NCBI GenBank assembly: GCA_965219955.1
Contig: OZ244799.1
Coordinates: 3,456,001-3,520,000 of the forward strand
Reading direction: 5' to 3'
From: a bacterium
GTDB lineage: Bacteria; UBA8248
Length of the DNA: 64,000 bases
Below, one piece after another: positions 1-9,592 of this stretch. A model generated the notes under the pieces. That model worked only from the letters and a program-made list of their open reading frames with translations. It was not told the DNA's origin and did not search any database. Positions within the stretch are counted from its first letter, which is position 1; every line of letters starts with the position of its first letter. Both the position numbers and the translations under genes were made by a program.

Positions 1-488
1 TGGTTCTGAAGCTCCGCTCGCGCCTTGGATGCTTCAAGCTCTATGGTCGTCCTGGTCTGTTCGAGCAGGCGCCTTGCCTGATTCTCCTGTTCTTCTTCGA
101 GTCTTTCCCGCATCGCGACGCGTTCTTTCTCGCCCTGCTCGCGAACGCGCACGAGTTCGGCTTCCAGATCAGCTACCTTGGAGCGTTGCTCTGCAAGCTG
201 TTTTTCCGCCTCTTCCCGGGCCGCCCGGGATTCCTCGAGCGCCTTGCGAACCCCCTCCCTCCTGTCTTTGAGGAAGTTCTTGATGGGGTTAAACGCGACC
301 TTGTAGAGAATCGCCACGACGATAAGCGTATTGACGATCTTGAAGAGTTCCTCGGTAAAGCTGAACGCCTTGACGTGCGCTCCGGCATCCGCGGCGAGAA
401 CCCATTCCGCGGAAAACAGAGCCGCCGCCAGAATCAGAAAGCTCGAAATGCTGCTGGATTTTTTCACTGAAAACACGGCTCTTCGCAT
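1..488 (-). CDS. atpF: F0F1 ATP synthase subunit b (partial, runs off window edge)
   Basis: Not in the ORF track. Hand translation from ATG at 488 gives MRRAVFSVKKSSSISSFLILAAALFSAEWVLAADAGAHVKAFSFTEELFKIVNTLIVVAILYKVAFNPIKNFLKDRREGVRKALEESRAAREEAE..., a TM helix followed by a long charged coiled coil. It lies directly downstream of the b' gene. Confidence 0.85.
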   Translation of the reverse strand, partial: MRRAVFSVKKSSSISSFLILAAALFSAEWVLAADAGAHVKAFSFTEELFKIVNTLIVVAILYKVAFNPIKNFLKDRREGVRKALEESRAAREEAEKQLAEQRSKVADLEAELVRVREQGEKERVAMRERLEEEQENQARRLLEQTRTTIELEASKARAELQN

Positions 489-491
489 CCT

Positions 492-1070
492 CTATGCGAC
501 ACTGCGGCCTGCAAGCCTCGTGGCGATTTCACCCGCCAGGCGGCTGGCCCCGCTCTCGAGTTCTGAAGCCGCCTGCTTCGCCTGCGCCGATATGGACTGG
601 CGCGTCTCCTCGATCTCGCGGTTTGTTCTCTCGCGAACCTCATCGAGGCGCTTGCGGGTCGCTTCGGTCATCTCCTGCTGGAGCGCGATGAGGGCTTCGG
701 TGTTCTCGCGCTGAATTTCCGCCAGCGCATCCTCGTACTGACTGATGTAACCGGCCGCCTCGCCCCTGTCGCGTTCGGCGGCCTCGAAGTCGCCGGAAAT
801 CTGCGCGTCGCGAGATTCCATGTGGCTCATCAGGGGTTTAATCAGAATTTTGTTGAGGACAACCAGCAGGATCAGAAAGTTGGCCCACTGGATCAGGATG
901 ACGATCGGGTTGATGATGAGGGCGCCGCTTCCCACGTTGAAGCCCGCAAGCCAGGCGCCGAACCCGCTTTGGGGGGCGCTCGCCGCCCAGGAGACGGAGG
1001 GCGCGACCAACAGCATGAGAACCAGCGTTAAACAGAACGCGAATCGTTTCAAACGAAATAGGCGGATCAT
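492..1070 (-). CDS. F0F1 ATP synthase subunit b'
   Basis: ILIQWANFLILLVVLNKILIKPL TM motif plus coiled coil, typical of ATP-synt_B. Start at ATG 1070 (MIRLF) chosen from the GAGG RBS. Confidence 0.85.
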   Translation of the reverse strand: MIRLFRLKRFAFCLTLVLMLLVAPSVSWAASAPQSGFGAWLAGFNVGSGALIINPIVILIQWANFLILLVVLNKILIKPLMSHMESRDAQISGDFEAAERDRGEAAGYISQYEDALAEIQRENTEALIALQQEMTEATRKRLDEVRERTNREIEETRQSISAQAKQAASELESGASRLAGEIATRLAGRSVA

Positions 1071-1393
1071 CGCTTCCTCTGCCATCATGCCCCCTAACGG
1101 GCGCAAGCCCACCCCCATGAGGTCAGGCGCTTCCACGAAAACCATCGGGGAATGGCGTGTGAATTCGTATGGTTTTCAGGGGCATGGCTTGATTTCCGGC
1201 CCCGAAAAACGCTTAAAACTACCCACAGGCCTACCCGAAGTCAAGCCCCCCAGGGATTTTTTCCAACTTCTTGGATTCGAGTCGCCCGGCCCTGGATTTC
1301 GGGCGCACTTCGCTCCCCGCTCGAGGTGATTTGTGCTATTTTCCAGACAATCCCGAAACTCTCGCTTCACCGGCTTCATTCATGGAGAAAGCA

Positions 1394-2386
1394 ATGAAAT
1401 TCACGACGTTTGAAATCGCCACACCCCTCGGAAACATCTCGCGCATCGGCGCTCTGGCGGAAGGCGGGGGCGGCCAAATCGCGCTCGACCTCGCCGGCGG
1501 CTACGCCGCGCTTCTTCAGGAAGAAGGCAAGGAGCCGCGCTTTCGTGAATATGCCGATTTCAGGCTTCCGCAGGATATGTGCGAACTCATGGCGGGCGGG
1601 GAGCCATCCCTCCTGGCCGCCCGGGCGGCGCAGGAATTCATCCTCGAGAACCCGGACAGGCATGGCCCGGACGGGGAGCAACTCGCCTTCTCTCTGCATG
1701 AGATACGCTTGCGCGCCCCGGTGCCCCGGCCCGTCACGTTTCGTGATTTTCTGATCCACGAGGGCCACAAGGCCGCTGGCGCGCGGCGGCGCAACACCAC
1801 CATCGACCCCATCTGGTACGAGCTCCCCTCCTGCTACAAGGGAAACCGCCTGACCATCATCGGTCCTGAGGATGAACTCAAATGGCCGCACTACACCGAA
1901 AAACTCGACTATGAACTCGAACTCGCCATGTTCATCGGAAAGCGCGGCAAGGACATCTCGCAGGAAAACGCCATGGATCACGTTTTCGGCTTCAGCGTGC
2001 TGAATGACTTCAGCGCGCGCGACATCCAGATCGATGAGATGAAGAACTGGCTGGGGCCTCACAAGGGCAAGGATTTCGGTACGGCGATCGGCCCGTGCGT
2101 CGTCACGGCGGATGAGTTCGACCCCACCGACGCGGTGATGATCGCCCGCGTCAACGGCGAGGAGTGGAGCCGGGGCAATGCGGGAGACGCCTACCATTCC
2201 TGGCCCAGGATGATCGAGTACGCCTCGATGGAGGAAGAACTCGTTCCGGGCGAGATGTTCGGCTCGGGCACCGTGGCCACCGGCTGCGGGGCGGACCTCG
2301 ACAGATGGATAAAACCCGGCGACGTCATCGAACTCGAAATCGAGGGAATCGGCGTCCTGAAAAACAAGATCGTGGGAGAGGCTTAA
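1394..2386 (+). CDS. Fumarylacetoacetate hydrolase family protein
   Basis: Motifs LDYELELA, NDFSARDIQ, KGKDFGTAIGP and GSGTV. GGAG RBS before ATG 1394. Confidence 0.9.
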   Translation: MKFTTFEIATPLGNISRIGALAEGGGGQIALDLAGGYAALLQEEGKEPRFREYADFRLPQDMCELMAGGEPSLLAARAAQEFILENPDRHGPDGEQLAFSLHEIRLRAPVPRPVTFRDFLIHEGHKAAGARRRNTTIDPIWYELPSCYKGNRLTIIGPEDELKWPHYTEKLDYELELAMFIGKRGKDISQENAMDHVFGFSVLNDFSARDIQIDEMKNWLGPHKGKDFGTAIGPCVVTADEFDPTDAVMIARVNGEEWSRGNAGDAYHSWPRMIEYASMEEELVPGEMFGSGTVATGCGADLDRWIKPGDVIELEIEGIGVLKNKIVGEA

Positions 2387-2910
2387 AGATCGGGCGGCCA
2401 TTCGCCCAATTCAAGCTCCCCGTTCCACATGAGGCCGTGCCGGGGGTGGCCGAGCCTGGTCGGAGGCCCCAGGGCGTGTACGCGGACGCCTTCGAGCAGG
2501 AGCGAGACCCCGGCGATTCTCCTCTCGTATTTCTTGGGGTCGACGCCGTTGGGGTTCCCCCAGGCGGCCAATACAAGCTCCGCGCCATTGAGACTCTCCT
2601 TGATCCACGCATCGTTTCCCCTGCCCACCATCACCCGGTACGGGTGGGCGTTCAGCTCTTCGGGATAAGGAGAACGAAGCGCGAAGAGGTTCACGTACCG
2701 GATGCGGCCATATTCGTTCCTGCGCGCCCAGGCCTCGACTTTCCCCACGGTGGGGTCGCTCCTCTCGGCGGAAGCCGTGGAGGGATTCTTGAGGATAACG
2801 GTGAGCGTCCGCGCACGCTCCTCCGCAATCCGCACCTCCAGAAAATAGCGGTACCGCCCGTATTTCCGGGGAACGCACCCTGTCACTTCCCTCACCTTTT
2901 TCGGCGCCAT
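2383..2910 (-). CDS. DUF1643-like protein
   Basis: RYRY...NPSTA...DPTV...VNLFALRS...AAWG...HPRH pattern recalled for DUF1643. Confidence 0.75.
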   Translation of the reverse strand: MAPKKVREVTGCVPRKYGRYRYFLEVRIAEERARTLTVILKNPSTASAERSDPTVGKVEAWARRNEYGRIRYVNLFALRSPYPEELNAHPYRVMVGRGNDAWIKESLNGAELVLAAWGNPNGVDPKKYERRIAGVSLLLEGVRVHALGPPTRLGHPRHGLMWNGELELGEWPPDL

Positions 2911-2974
2911 GCTTTTCCTTCCCGCTAAAAGAGCCATACAATGCCCGTCCAGTCACCCAGGAGAAAGGACGGCC

Positions 2975-3751
2975 ATGCCATACGACAATCTATTATATGA
3001 AATCGAGGGGCCCCTCGCCCTGATCACCATCAACCGCCCTGATCGACATAATGCCATATCCCTGGCCACGCTGGACGATCTCCACGCCGCCATCGCCGAG
3101 GCGGCCGATGATGAAGCCGTCCGCGTCATCGCCATCACCGGGGCGGGCGAGAAGGCGTTCGCCTCGGGCTCCGATCTCAAGGAAGTCGAGCACAGAAACC
3201 TCGCTATCGCGCTCACCCCCCTGGTGCAGGGCGTGGCGGAGCGCCTGGAGAGGACGCCCAAGGCGACGATTGCGGCGATCAACGGCTATTGCATGGGCGG
3301 GGGCCTGGAGGTCGCGCTCGGCTGCGATTTGCGGGTCGCGACGCCCCAGTCGAAATTCGCCACGCCGGAGGGGAGGATCGGCATCATCCCGGGCGGCGGC
3401 GCCACGCAGCGCCTGCCCCGCCTCATCGGGCGCGCCTGGGCGATGGAGATGCTCCTGATGGGGGAGACCATCGATGCGAAACGCGCGCTCGAGATAGGCC
3501 TCATCACCCGGCTCGTAGAGGCGGAAGAACTCATGCCCACCGTCAGGAAGATGGCCGAAAAACTCGCCGCCTACGCGCCTTTCGTGCCCCAGTTCATGAA
3601 GGCCATGGTGCACTACGGCATGGAGGGCAGCATGACGGCGGGCCTGGCGCTCGAGAAATTCGCCCAGGGCGCGCTCTGCGAAACCGAGGACAAGGCGGAG
3701 GGCCTGCGCGCCTTCCTCGAGAAGAGAAAACCCGAATGGAAGGGCAGATGA
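2975..3751 (+). CDS. Enoyl-CoA hydratase/isomerase (crotonase) family protein
   Basis: ITINRPDRHNAIS, AFASGSDL, GGGLEVALGCD, PEGRIGIIPGGGATQRLPRLIG. Confidence 0.92.
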   Translation: MPYDNLLYEIEGPLALITINRPDRHNAISLATLDDLHAAIAEAADDEAVRVIAITGAGEKAFASGSDLKEVEHRNLAIALTPLVQGVAERLERTPKATIAAINGYCMGGGLEVALGCDLRVATPQSKFATPEGRIGIIPGGGATQRLPRLIGRAWAMEMLLMGETIDAKRALEIGLITRLVEAEELMPTVRKMAEKLAAYAPFVPQFMKAMVHYGMEGSMTAGLALEKFAQGALCETEDKAEGLRAFLEKRKPEWKGR

Positions 3752-3752
3752 G

Positions 3753-4175
3753 TTGAGCCTCGAAGTCGCCGGCGTCCTGGAAACGTGCATCTATGCCGAA
3801 GATCTGGATGCGGCGGAGGCGTTCTACCGCTCCGTGCTGGGGCTGGAGGCGTTTCAAAGAGCGCCCGGCCGCCACGTTTTCTTTCGCTGCGGGCCGCATG
3901 CCGTTTTCCTCGTCTTCAACCCCGAAGCGACCTCCCGGCCCGACATGAAGCTCGGCGTGCCGACGCATGGCGCGGCGGGGCCGGGGCACGTGACGTTCTC
4001 CATACGCGAGGCCGATATGGCCTCCTGGCGAAAGCGGCTGGCGGAACAGGGGGTGGACATCGAGCAGGAGGTCGACTGGCCCGGCGGCGGACACTCCCTC
4101 TATTTCAGGGACCCGGCGGGGAACAGCGTGGAGCTCGCTTCGCCTCGCATCTGGCGGCTGCCCGAGCCCTCCTGA
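3753..4175 (+). CDS. VOC (glyoxalase/bleomycin resistance) family protein
   Basis: LETCIYAEDLDAAEAFY...HVTF...SLYFRDPAGNSVELA. Confidence 0.9.
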   Translation: MSLEVAGVLETCIYAEDLDAAEAFYRSVLGLEAFQRAPGRHVFFRCGPHAVFLVFNPEATSRPDMKLGVPTHGAAGPGHVTFSIREADMASWRKRLAEQGVDIEQEVDWPGGGHSLYFRDPAGNSVELASPRIWRLPEPS

Positions 4176-4500
4176 ATTTCAAGTGGTTGTAAATACTCGC
4201 GTTCTGCGGTCGATCTCCCGATGTTATTTTCGTTTATTTATCGGAAAACCCCGTGAATTTATCTGATTTTAGCGAATTTTCCGGAAATTCCCCAAGGCCT
4301 CGAAGAGGACGAGCCCGACCGAGGCGAGGCGGTTGAAAAAGCCATCCACACTCAGAATTCACCGCCGCCGGAATGACCAACAAAGCCGCAAGGGCTGTAG
4401 GGACAGGCCCCCGTGCCTGTCCGATGCCCTGTACTACAAGGGACAACCACAGGGGGCAGGACAACCCTTTTAGGTTGTCCTGCTGCAAAACCCCCTCCCC

Positions 4501-4808
4501 GGGGTTGTTGAAAAGTCCCTCGATGCGGGAACACCACCGTCATTCCGGCCTTGAGCCGGAATCCATTTTTATGATTTTTGCTTTCGTTTTCGCATTTGAT
4601 TCCGATTCGCGGGAGAGAGCGTTGCGCCCGAATGCGGAACGGACGAGGCGGACATATACGGCGGCGTCCGTATTTTCCCCGGCCGGAAGTGAGGATGTCC
4701 GGGGGAAAGGCCAAAGACAAAGGCGAAAATGGATTCCGGCTCAAGGCCGGAATGACGAGCAAAGGCGAAGGTCAATCCCGAGCGAAGCAAGGCTTTTTCA
4801 ACAGCCCC
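4501..4808. mobile_element. MITE-like element with GGGG(T/C)TGTTGAAAA terminal inverted repeats, enclosing a perfect 32-bp inverted repeat
   Basis: Left end ggggttgttgaaaa (4501) and right end ttttcaacagcccc (ending 4808). Internal cgtcattccggccttgagccggaatccatttt (4538-4569) is the exact reverse complement of 4726-4757. No transposase ORF. Confidence 0.65.
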
Positions 4809-5110
4809 GATGAAGGAGCGAACGCGTTTCCCCGGGGAAGGGGAAAAACGCGCCTCCTGAAGCCGAATCGCCCGAATCGCTTCTCTCCTCCTCGCGTCCA
4901 CAAGCGCGGCAATCCCCCGATCGGGATTGATTTTCCGCGCGGGATTCTCCCCCGCCCCGCGAAAAACCCGGTAACCCCAAATGCGGGAAAATGCGCGGCC
5001 CGTTCCTGCCGGGCAAGAGGGCCGGACAATCCCACCGAACACCCGGCGCCCATGCGCGCCCGCGCATCCCCCATGACCCGATATTCGCCATCCCCCCCTC
5101 TAAAAAAACC

Positions 5111-5140
5111 TTGCGTCCCGCGCGCTGCGTATCGTAATCT
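5111..5140 (+). promoter_or_regulatory. Putative sigma70 promoter of Cache-autotransporter gene 1
   Basis: TTGCGT-N18-TAATCT, conserved upstream of gene 2 (TTGCTT-N18-TAATCT, 9497-9526) although the flanking DNA differs. Confidence 0.5.
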
Positions 5141-5208
5141 GAACGCATATTCATTTTTGTTGCGACAGATCTACGCGGGTATTGCCATATCGGTAACGAA
5201 GCAGAAAG

Positions 5209-5294
5209 TCTCGTCCACGCCTCGATGAGGCCGGGTGTCGGCGCGAACGAACGCCCCGTCGCGCTTCCCGCCGCGGACGGCCCGGGGCACGAGG
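5209..5294 (+). ncRNA. Candidate structured 5' leader (copy 1)
   Basis: Near-identical to 9593-9678. Predicted stems: cgtcc/ggacg, gcctc-gat-gaggc, cggg/cccg, gcgcga/tcgcgc. Confidence 0.4.
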
Positions 5295-5357
5295 TCAATC
5301 CCGACCGGAGAGGGAGGGATTGCGCGATTGAATAGCCAACACACCAGGAGGATCATG

Positions 5358-8300
5358 ATGACATTTCCAAAGCGAATACTTCTGGCAACGCTTATCTCGG
5401 CGCTGTTCAGCGCATTGGCCGCCGCGCCCGCCGCCTTCGCGCAGGAGTGCCCACGCGGACCCGGCGTTCCGGAGCTCCCGCCTCCCGCCGTGACGGCAGC
5501 CGAAGCGGATGCGGACCCCACCAAACTGGGGGAATTCGCCCTGGCGGCGTTAAGCGCCACGATAGCTCCCACAAGGAGCATCGATGAGGCATATTACATC
5601 GCATGCCTGTTCAGGCAGAGAGGGGGGCCCTTCTTTTCCGGCTCCACCTATACCATCTCCCTGACTCTCGACGGCAGGGTGTGGATCAACGCGAACGACA
5701 TGTCGACGGGAGGCGAACCGCTCAACCCCCGGATTTATGGAGCGATCCTCCATGCGCTGGGAATCGACGTCACCAGCCCGGCCGCCATACAGGCCGGTCT
5801 GGGGAGCGTGGCCGCAACGGGAACCTTCCCGAAGCCGGAGGGCGGCGCATTCAACGCAGGTCCACTCGGCGTACCGGGCGCTTCGGGCTACGCAGTCGGA
5901 TACATCGCCCCCCGTACCCGAACTCCATTCATCCTGCTGGCCGGTTTCGATCTTCAGGCATCCCATCTGGCGCCGGATGACGTCGACCCCGGCATGCCCG
6001 CGATAACGGCCGCCCAGGTCACCGACCGCGCGACGCTCAAGCAATTCGTCGATGAAGCGGTGGATTTCGCGAAGACCCTCTTCGAAAGCGGGGATCCCGC
6101 CGCCTTCTCGAAAATAAGGATCGCCTTTCGGGATCCGAACGGCCCCTGGAGGCACGGCCCCACCTATCTCTTCGTCATGCAGCGCACCGGCTACACGATC
6201 TTTCACGGTGCGTTCCCGGACAGGTTCGAGTTCCAGACTCCGACAAATAACCTGAGGGAGCAGTTGCCGTCGGGTGAACAGGGCGACCTTATTCTGCCGA
6301 AGATCATCCGGACCGCGAGAAACAACCCCGCCGGCGACTTCGTGGAGTATTATTTCGACAACCCGGACGATCCCGCCGACGACTTCAACACCCTCAAGGT
6401 GAGCTACGTGCGCGAGTACGAAGTGGAAGTCCCGTTGCCGGGTGGAGGGGTTTACCGGGATGCGATCATCGTAGGCGCGGGGATCTACGGAGAAGGCGGG
6501 GGCATCGTGGCGCAAGGCTGCCCGCTCCCGGCGGGCGTGGCCGAGAATACTCTCGCCACCCCGAGCGTCACGGCCGCTGATGTGGAGGCGGATCCCAGCC
6601 GACTGATGGACTTCGCCCTCGCGGCGAAGCGATATATGGAGAGCGTCGAGAGAGGGCCGGAACTGGCGCACAACGCCTGCGTCGTCAGGCAGGATGGGCC
6701 CTGGAAGTCCGGCGACACCTATATCGTCACGATAAATACAGAGGGGAGGGTGTTCTTCCACTCGAAAAGCGCAGCGTTGGGCGGCAGGCCGCTCAAGCGT
6801 CCCGTTTGGGCGGCGATCGCCGCCGCGACGGGTGCTGCCGCATTGCGCACGACGCGCGCCTTCGGGAACCCGAACGGCGGCGCCTTGCCGGCGCAAATCG
6901 GCGGCGGCTACGCAGTCGGCTTCACGCGGGCAGGAGGCAATCCGCTCATCCTCGTCGCGGGCCTCGACATCGGGGAAGCGCACCTCGACAGGGAGACCAT
7001 CGACCCGGGCGACCCGACAGTACGGGCCGACCAGGTGGTGGACCGCGCAACACTCAAGACCTTCGTGGAAGAGGCGAGGGATTACGTCCTGAGCGCTTTC
7101 CGCTCAGAAGGCCGCGCAGCGTTCAACCAGGTAAAGAGCGTCTTGCGGGATCCGAATGGACCCTGGAGGCACGGCCCCGTCTATCTCTTCATCATGGAAC
7201 CCACCGGCTACACGATCTTTCACGGGGCTTTCCCCGATAAATTCGAATTCCGGAGGCCCACGGACACACTGAGAGACGAAGTCACCGGAGAACTCATTCT
7301 GCCGCAGATCATCCGGGTCGCGACAACCAGCAAAGACGGCGGCTTCGTGCGGTACTTCTTCGACAACCCCGATGATGATTCCGACAGCGCCGACGTACCC
7401 AAGGTGACCTATGCGCTCCAGCACCCTTTCGAGACGACGCTGGCGGACGGGAGCACGTTCGAATACCCGCTCATCTTCGGCGCGGGCATCTACGGGGATG
7501 AGGGTGCAGTGTCCGAGAAGAGCGTGGCGGCGGCGAGGGGCTGGCTGGCGCGCTTCGGCCGCGCGGTGGGAAGCCAGGCGGTGGACATGATCTCGAACCG
7601 CCTGAACGCGCCCGCGCAGGGCGGGGCGAAGATGACGCTCGGCGGCCGGACGGTGAAGCTGGATGCGGATCCGGACAGCTACCTGGCGAAAGAAGACGTG
7701 GGCCTCACCGCCTCCCTCGCGCATGACGGAATCGATTCCCGCGGCCTCTCGCGCCCGATACTCACGAACCGGTTGACCAATGGGGAGGAGGATTCCCCGG
7801 GGGCCTACCGCGAAATGACGATGAGCCAGCTGCTCTCGGGCGCTTCGTTCCACCTGGCTTCGACCAAGGAAGCCGCGGAGGCGGCGGGCAGCAGATGGTC
7901 GATCTGGGGCCGCGGCGCGCAGAGTTCGTTCGAGGGCGGCGGAGAGGCCGCGATCGAGGGCGACGTGACGACGGCCATGCTCGGCGTGGATTACGAGAAG
8001 GGCAGGCTCCTCGCGGGCGTGGCGCTCTCACGAGCCAGCGGCGACGGGGGTTTCCAGAACGGGGAGCTCGAGGCGACCCTCACGAGCGTGCATCCCTACC
8101 TCCGCTACGAGGCGAGCGAGCGGCTCTCGTTGTGGGGGGTCCTGGGCATGGGCCAGGGCGAGATGACGCTCGAGGAGAGCGATCAGAAACACGAGACCGA
8201 CATCGATATGCGCATGGGCGCGTTCGGGCTTCGCGGCGAGATAGCGAAGATGGGCGGGTTCGACCTGGCGCTCAAATCAGACGTCCTCCTCACGCAGATG

Positions 8301-8960
8301 GACTCGGACGCGAAGGACGGGCTCGAGGCCATCTCGGCGGAGTCGAGCCGCCTGCGGGTGATGCTCGAAGCCTCGCGCAAGGTCGCCATGGAGGGCGGCG
8401 GGACAATCAGGCCTTCGGTGGAGGTGGGTCTCCGCAACGACGGCGGCGACGTGGACGAGGGTATGGGCGTCGAAGTCGGCGGCAGCATTCGCTTCACGAG
8501 TCCCTCCATGGGCCTGACGCTCGAGGTGAATGCGCGGGGGCTCGTGACGCACGAGGAAAGCGACGTGAGCGACTGGGGCGTGGGCGGGATGATCCGCATC
8601 GCCCCGGGCAAGAAAGGCCGGGGACTCGCCCTCACCGTGCGGCCCGAAGTGGGAGAAACCGCGAGCGGCGCGGCGCGCCTGTGGGGTCTCAAGGACGCCT
8701 CGCGTCTCGCGAAAGAGGAAATCGAGGACCTCGACCCCCGCGTGCGCGCGGAGGTGGGCTACGGCCTGGACGCCTGGGGCGGCCTGCTCACACCCTACGC
8801 CGGCCTCTCGGTGTCGGATAGCGGAAACGGGACCTACCGCCTGGGAAGCCGCTTCAGGATGGGCGAGCGCCTGAGCATGAGCCTGGAGGGCGACGTGCGC
8901 GAGCGCGTGAACGCCGACCCGGTGCACGGCGTGGCGCTGCGAGGAACAATGCGCTGGTAG
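5358..8960 (+). CDS. Secreted protein with tandem Cache-like domains (2 modules) and C-terminal autotransporter-like beta-barrel
   Basis: Sec signal ending AAFA|Q and an AGGAGG RBS. Two repeats of ATLKxFVxEA...RDPNGPWRHGPxYLFxM..TGYTIFHG...L.D...G.LILP.II..A...G.FV.Y.FDNP...KVsY...GAGIY match the single-Cache (sCache_2) pattern. The C-terminal part is amphipathic beta-strands ending in Trp. Confidence 0.8.
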   Translation: MTFPKRILLATLISALFSALAAAPAAFAQECPRGPGVPELPPPAVTAAEADADPTKLGEFALAALSATIAPTRSIDEAYYIACLFRQRGGPFFSGSTYTISLTLDGRVWINANDMSTGGEPLNPRIYGAILHALGIDVTSPAAIQAGLGSVAATGTFPKPEGGAFNAGPLGVPGASGYAVGYIAPRTRTPFILLAGFDLQASHLAPDDVDPGMPAITAAQVTDRATLKQFVDEAVDFAKTLFESGDPAAFSKIRIAFRDPNGPWRHGPTYLFVMQRTGYTIFHGAFPDRFEFQTPTNNLREQLPSGEQGDLILPKIIRTARNNPAGDFVEYYFDNPDDPADDFNTLKVSYVREYEVEVPLPGGGVYRDAIIVGAGIYGEGGGIVAQGCPLPAGVAENTLATPSVTAADVEADPSRLMDFALAAKRYMESVERGPELAHNACVVRQDGPWKSGDTYIVTINTEGRVFFHSKSAALGGRPLKRPVWAAIAAATGAAALRTTRAFGNPNGGALPAQIGGGYAVGFTRAGGNPLILVAGLDIGEAHLDRETIDPGDPTVRADQVVDRATLKTFVEEARDYVLSAFRSEGRAAFNQVKSVLRDPNGPWRHGPVYLFIMEPTGYTIFHGAFPDKFEFRRPTDTLRDEVTGELILPQIIRVATTSKDGGFVRYFFDNPDDDSDSADVPKVTYALQHPFETTLADGSTFEYPLIFGAGIYGDEGAVSEKSVAAARGWLARFGRAVGSQAVDMISNRLNAPAQGGAKMTLGGRTVKLDADPDSYLAKEDVGLTASLAHDGIDSRGLSRPILTNRLTNGEEDSPGAYREMTMSQLLSGASFHLASTKEAAEAAGSRWSIWGRGAQSSFEGGGEAAIEGDVTTAMLGVDYEKGRLLAGVALSRASGDGGFQNGELEATLTSVHPYLRYEASERLSLWGVLGMGQGEMTLEESDQKHETDIDMRMGAFGLRGEIAKMGGFDLALKSDVLLTQMDSDAKDGLEAISAESSRLRVMLEASRKVAMEGGGTIRPSVEVGLRNDGGDVDEGMGVEVGGSIRFTSPSMGLTLEVNARGLVTHEESDVSDWGVGGMIRIAPGKKGRGLALTVRPEVGETASGAARLWGLKDASRLAKEEIEDLDPRVRAEVGYGLDAWGGLLTPYAGLSVSDSGNGTYRLGSRFRMGERLSMSLEGDVRERVNADPVHGVALRGTMRW

Positions 8961-8978
8961 TATAGAAGGGAAAACTCT

Positions 8979-9258
8979 GTAGGGGCCGTTCGCGAACGTG
9001 GGCCGTTCTTGTGAACGGCCCCTACGGGGAGGAAACACGTTTTCTGTAGGGACAGGTCGCGACCTGTCCTTGCGAGGCGGTTCGGTTTCGTTCGTCATTC
9101 CGGCAATCAATGCCGACCGACGAGGGAGGGATTGCCCGGAATCCATTTTCACGCCTTTTGCCTTTCTTCAGCCTTCCCGTGCATCGGCGGGGAAGGAAAC
9201 GCCGCCGTGTATTCACCCGCATCCGCAAATGGATTCCGGCTTTCGCCGGAATGACGAT
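8979..9258. repeat. Cluster of GTAG-type REP-like palindromes and GTCATTCCGG inverted repeats
   Basis: gtaggggccgttc...gaacggcccctac, gtagggacaggtcgcgacctgtcc, and cgtcattccgg...ggaatccatttt / aaatggattccggctttcgccggaatgacg. The same units occur at 4397, 4538, 19176, 19316 and 34332. Confidence 0.7.
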
Positions 9259-9306
9259 AATCTGCGGGTCGAGGTGGGATAGGGGCGGTTCGCGAACTCA
9301 TGAGCG

Positions 9307-9400
9307 CCCTTCGATACGCCGCCTTCGGCGGCTACTCAGGATGAAGAACGTGGGGAGCGGAGCTTGTCCCGAGCGAAGTCGAGGGGCCGCTACCCAGGGT
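9307..9400. repeat. CCCTTCGATACG...CTACTCAGG palindromic repeat plus GAGCxTGTCCCGAGCGAAGTCGAGGG unit
   Basis: cccttcgatacgccgccttcggcggctactcagg is identical at 26385 and present as reverse complement at 34511-34579. The second unit recurs at about 34695. Confidence 0.7.
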
Positions 9401-9496
9401 GAGGCAGAGCGGTCGGCTACACAAGGTGAGGAGGGGGGATTGCGTTGCTTTCGGGCGTCTCTCACACCGGACTTCCGCTATCCCCCCTGAAAAACC

Positions 9497-9526
9497 TTGC
9501 TTCTCGCGCGCTGCATATCGTAATCT
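9497..9526 (+). promoter_or_regulatory. Putative sigma70 promoter of Cache-autotransporter gene 2
   Basis: TTGCTT-N18-TAATCT, in a block homologous to 5101-5147. Confidence 0.5.
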
Positions 9527-9592
9527 AAACGCATAAACAGCATTCACGACATTTTCACGCCCGCTTCGCCGTACCGGAAACGAAACAGAGTA

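Noticed and set aside
4300-5230. Repeat clusters as a CRISPR array, and the short ORFs overlapping them as genes
   Set aside because: There are no regularly spaced direct repeats with unique spacers and no cas genes. The ORFs are translations of palindromic repeats.
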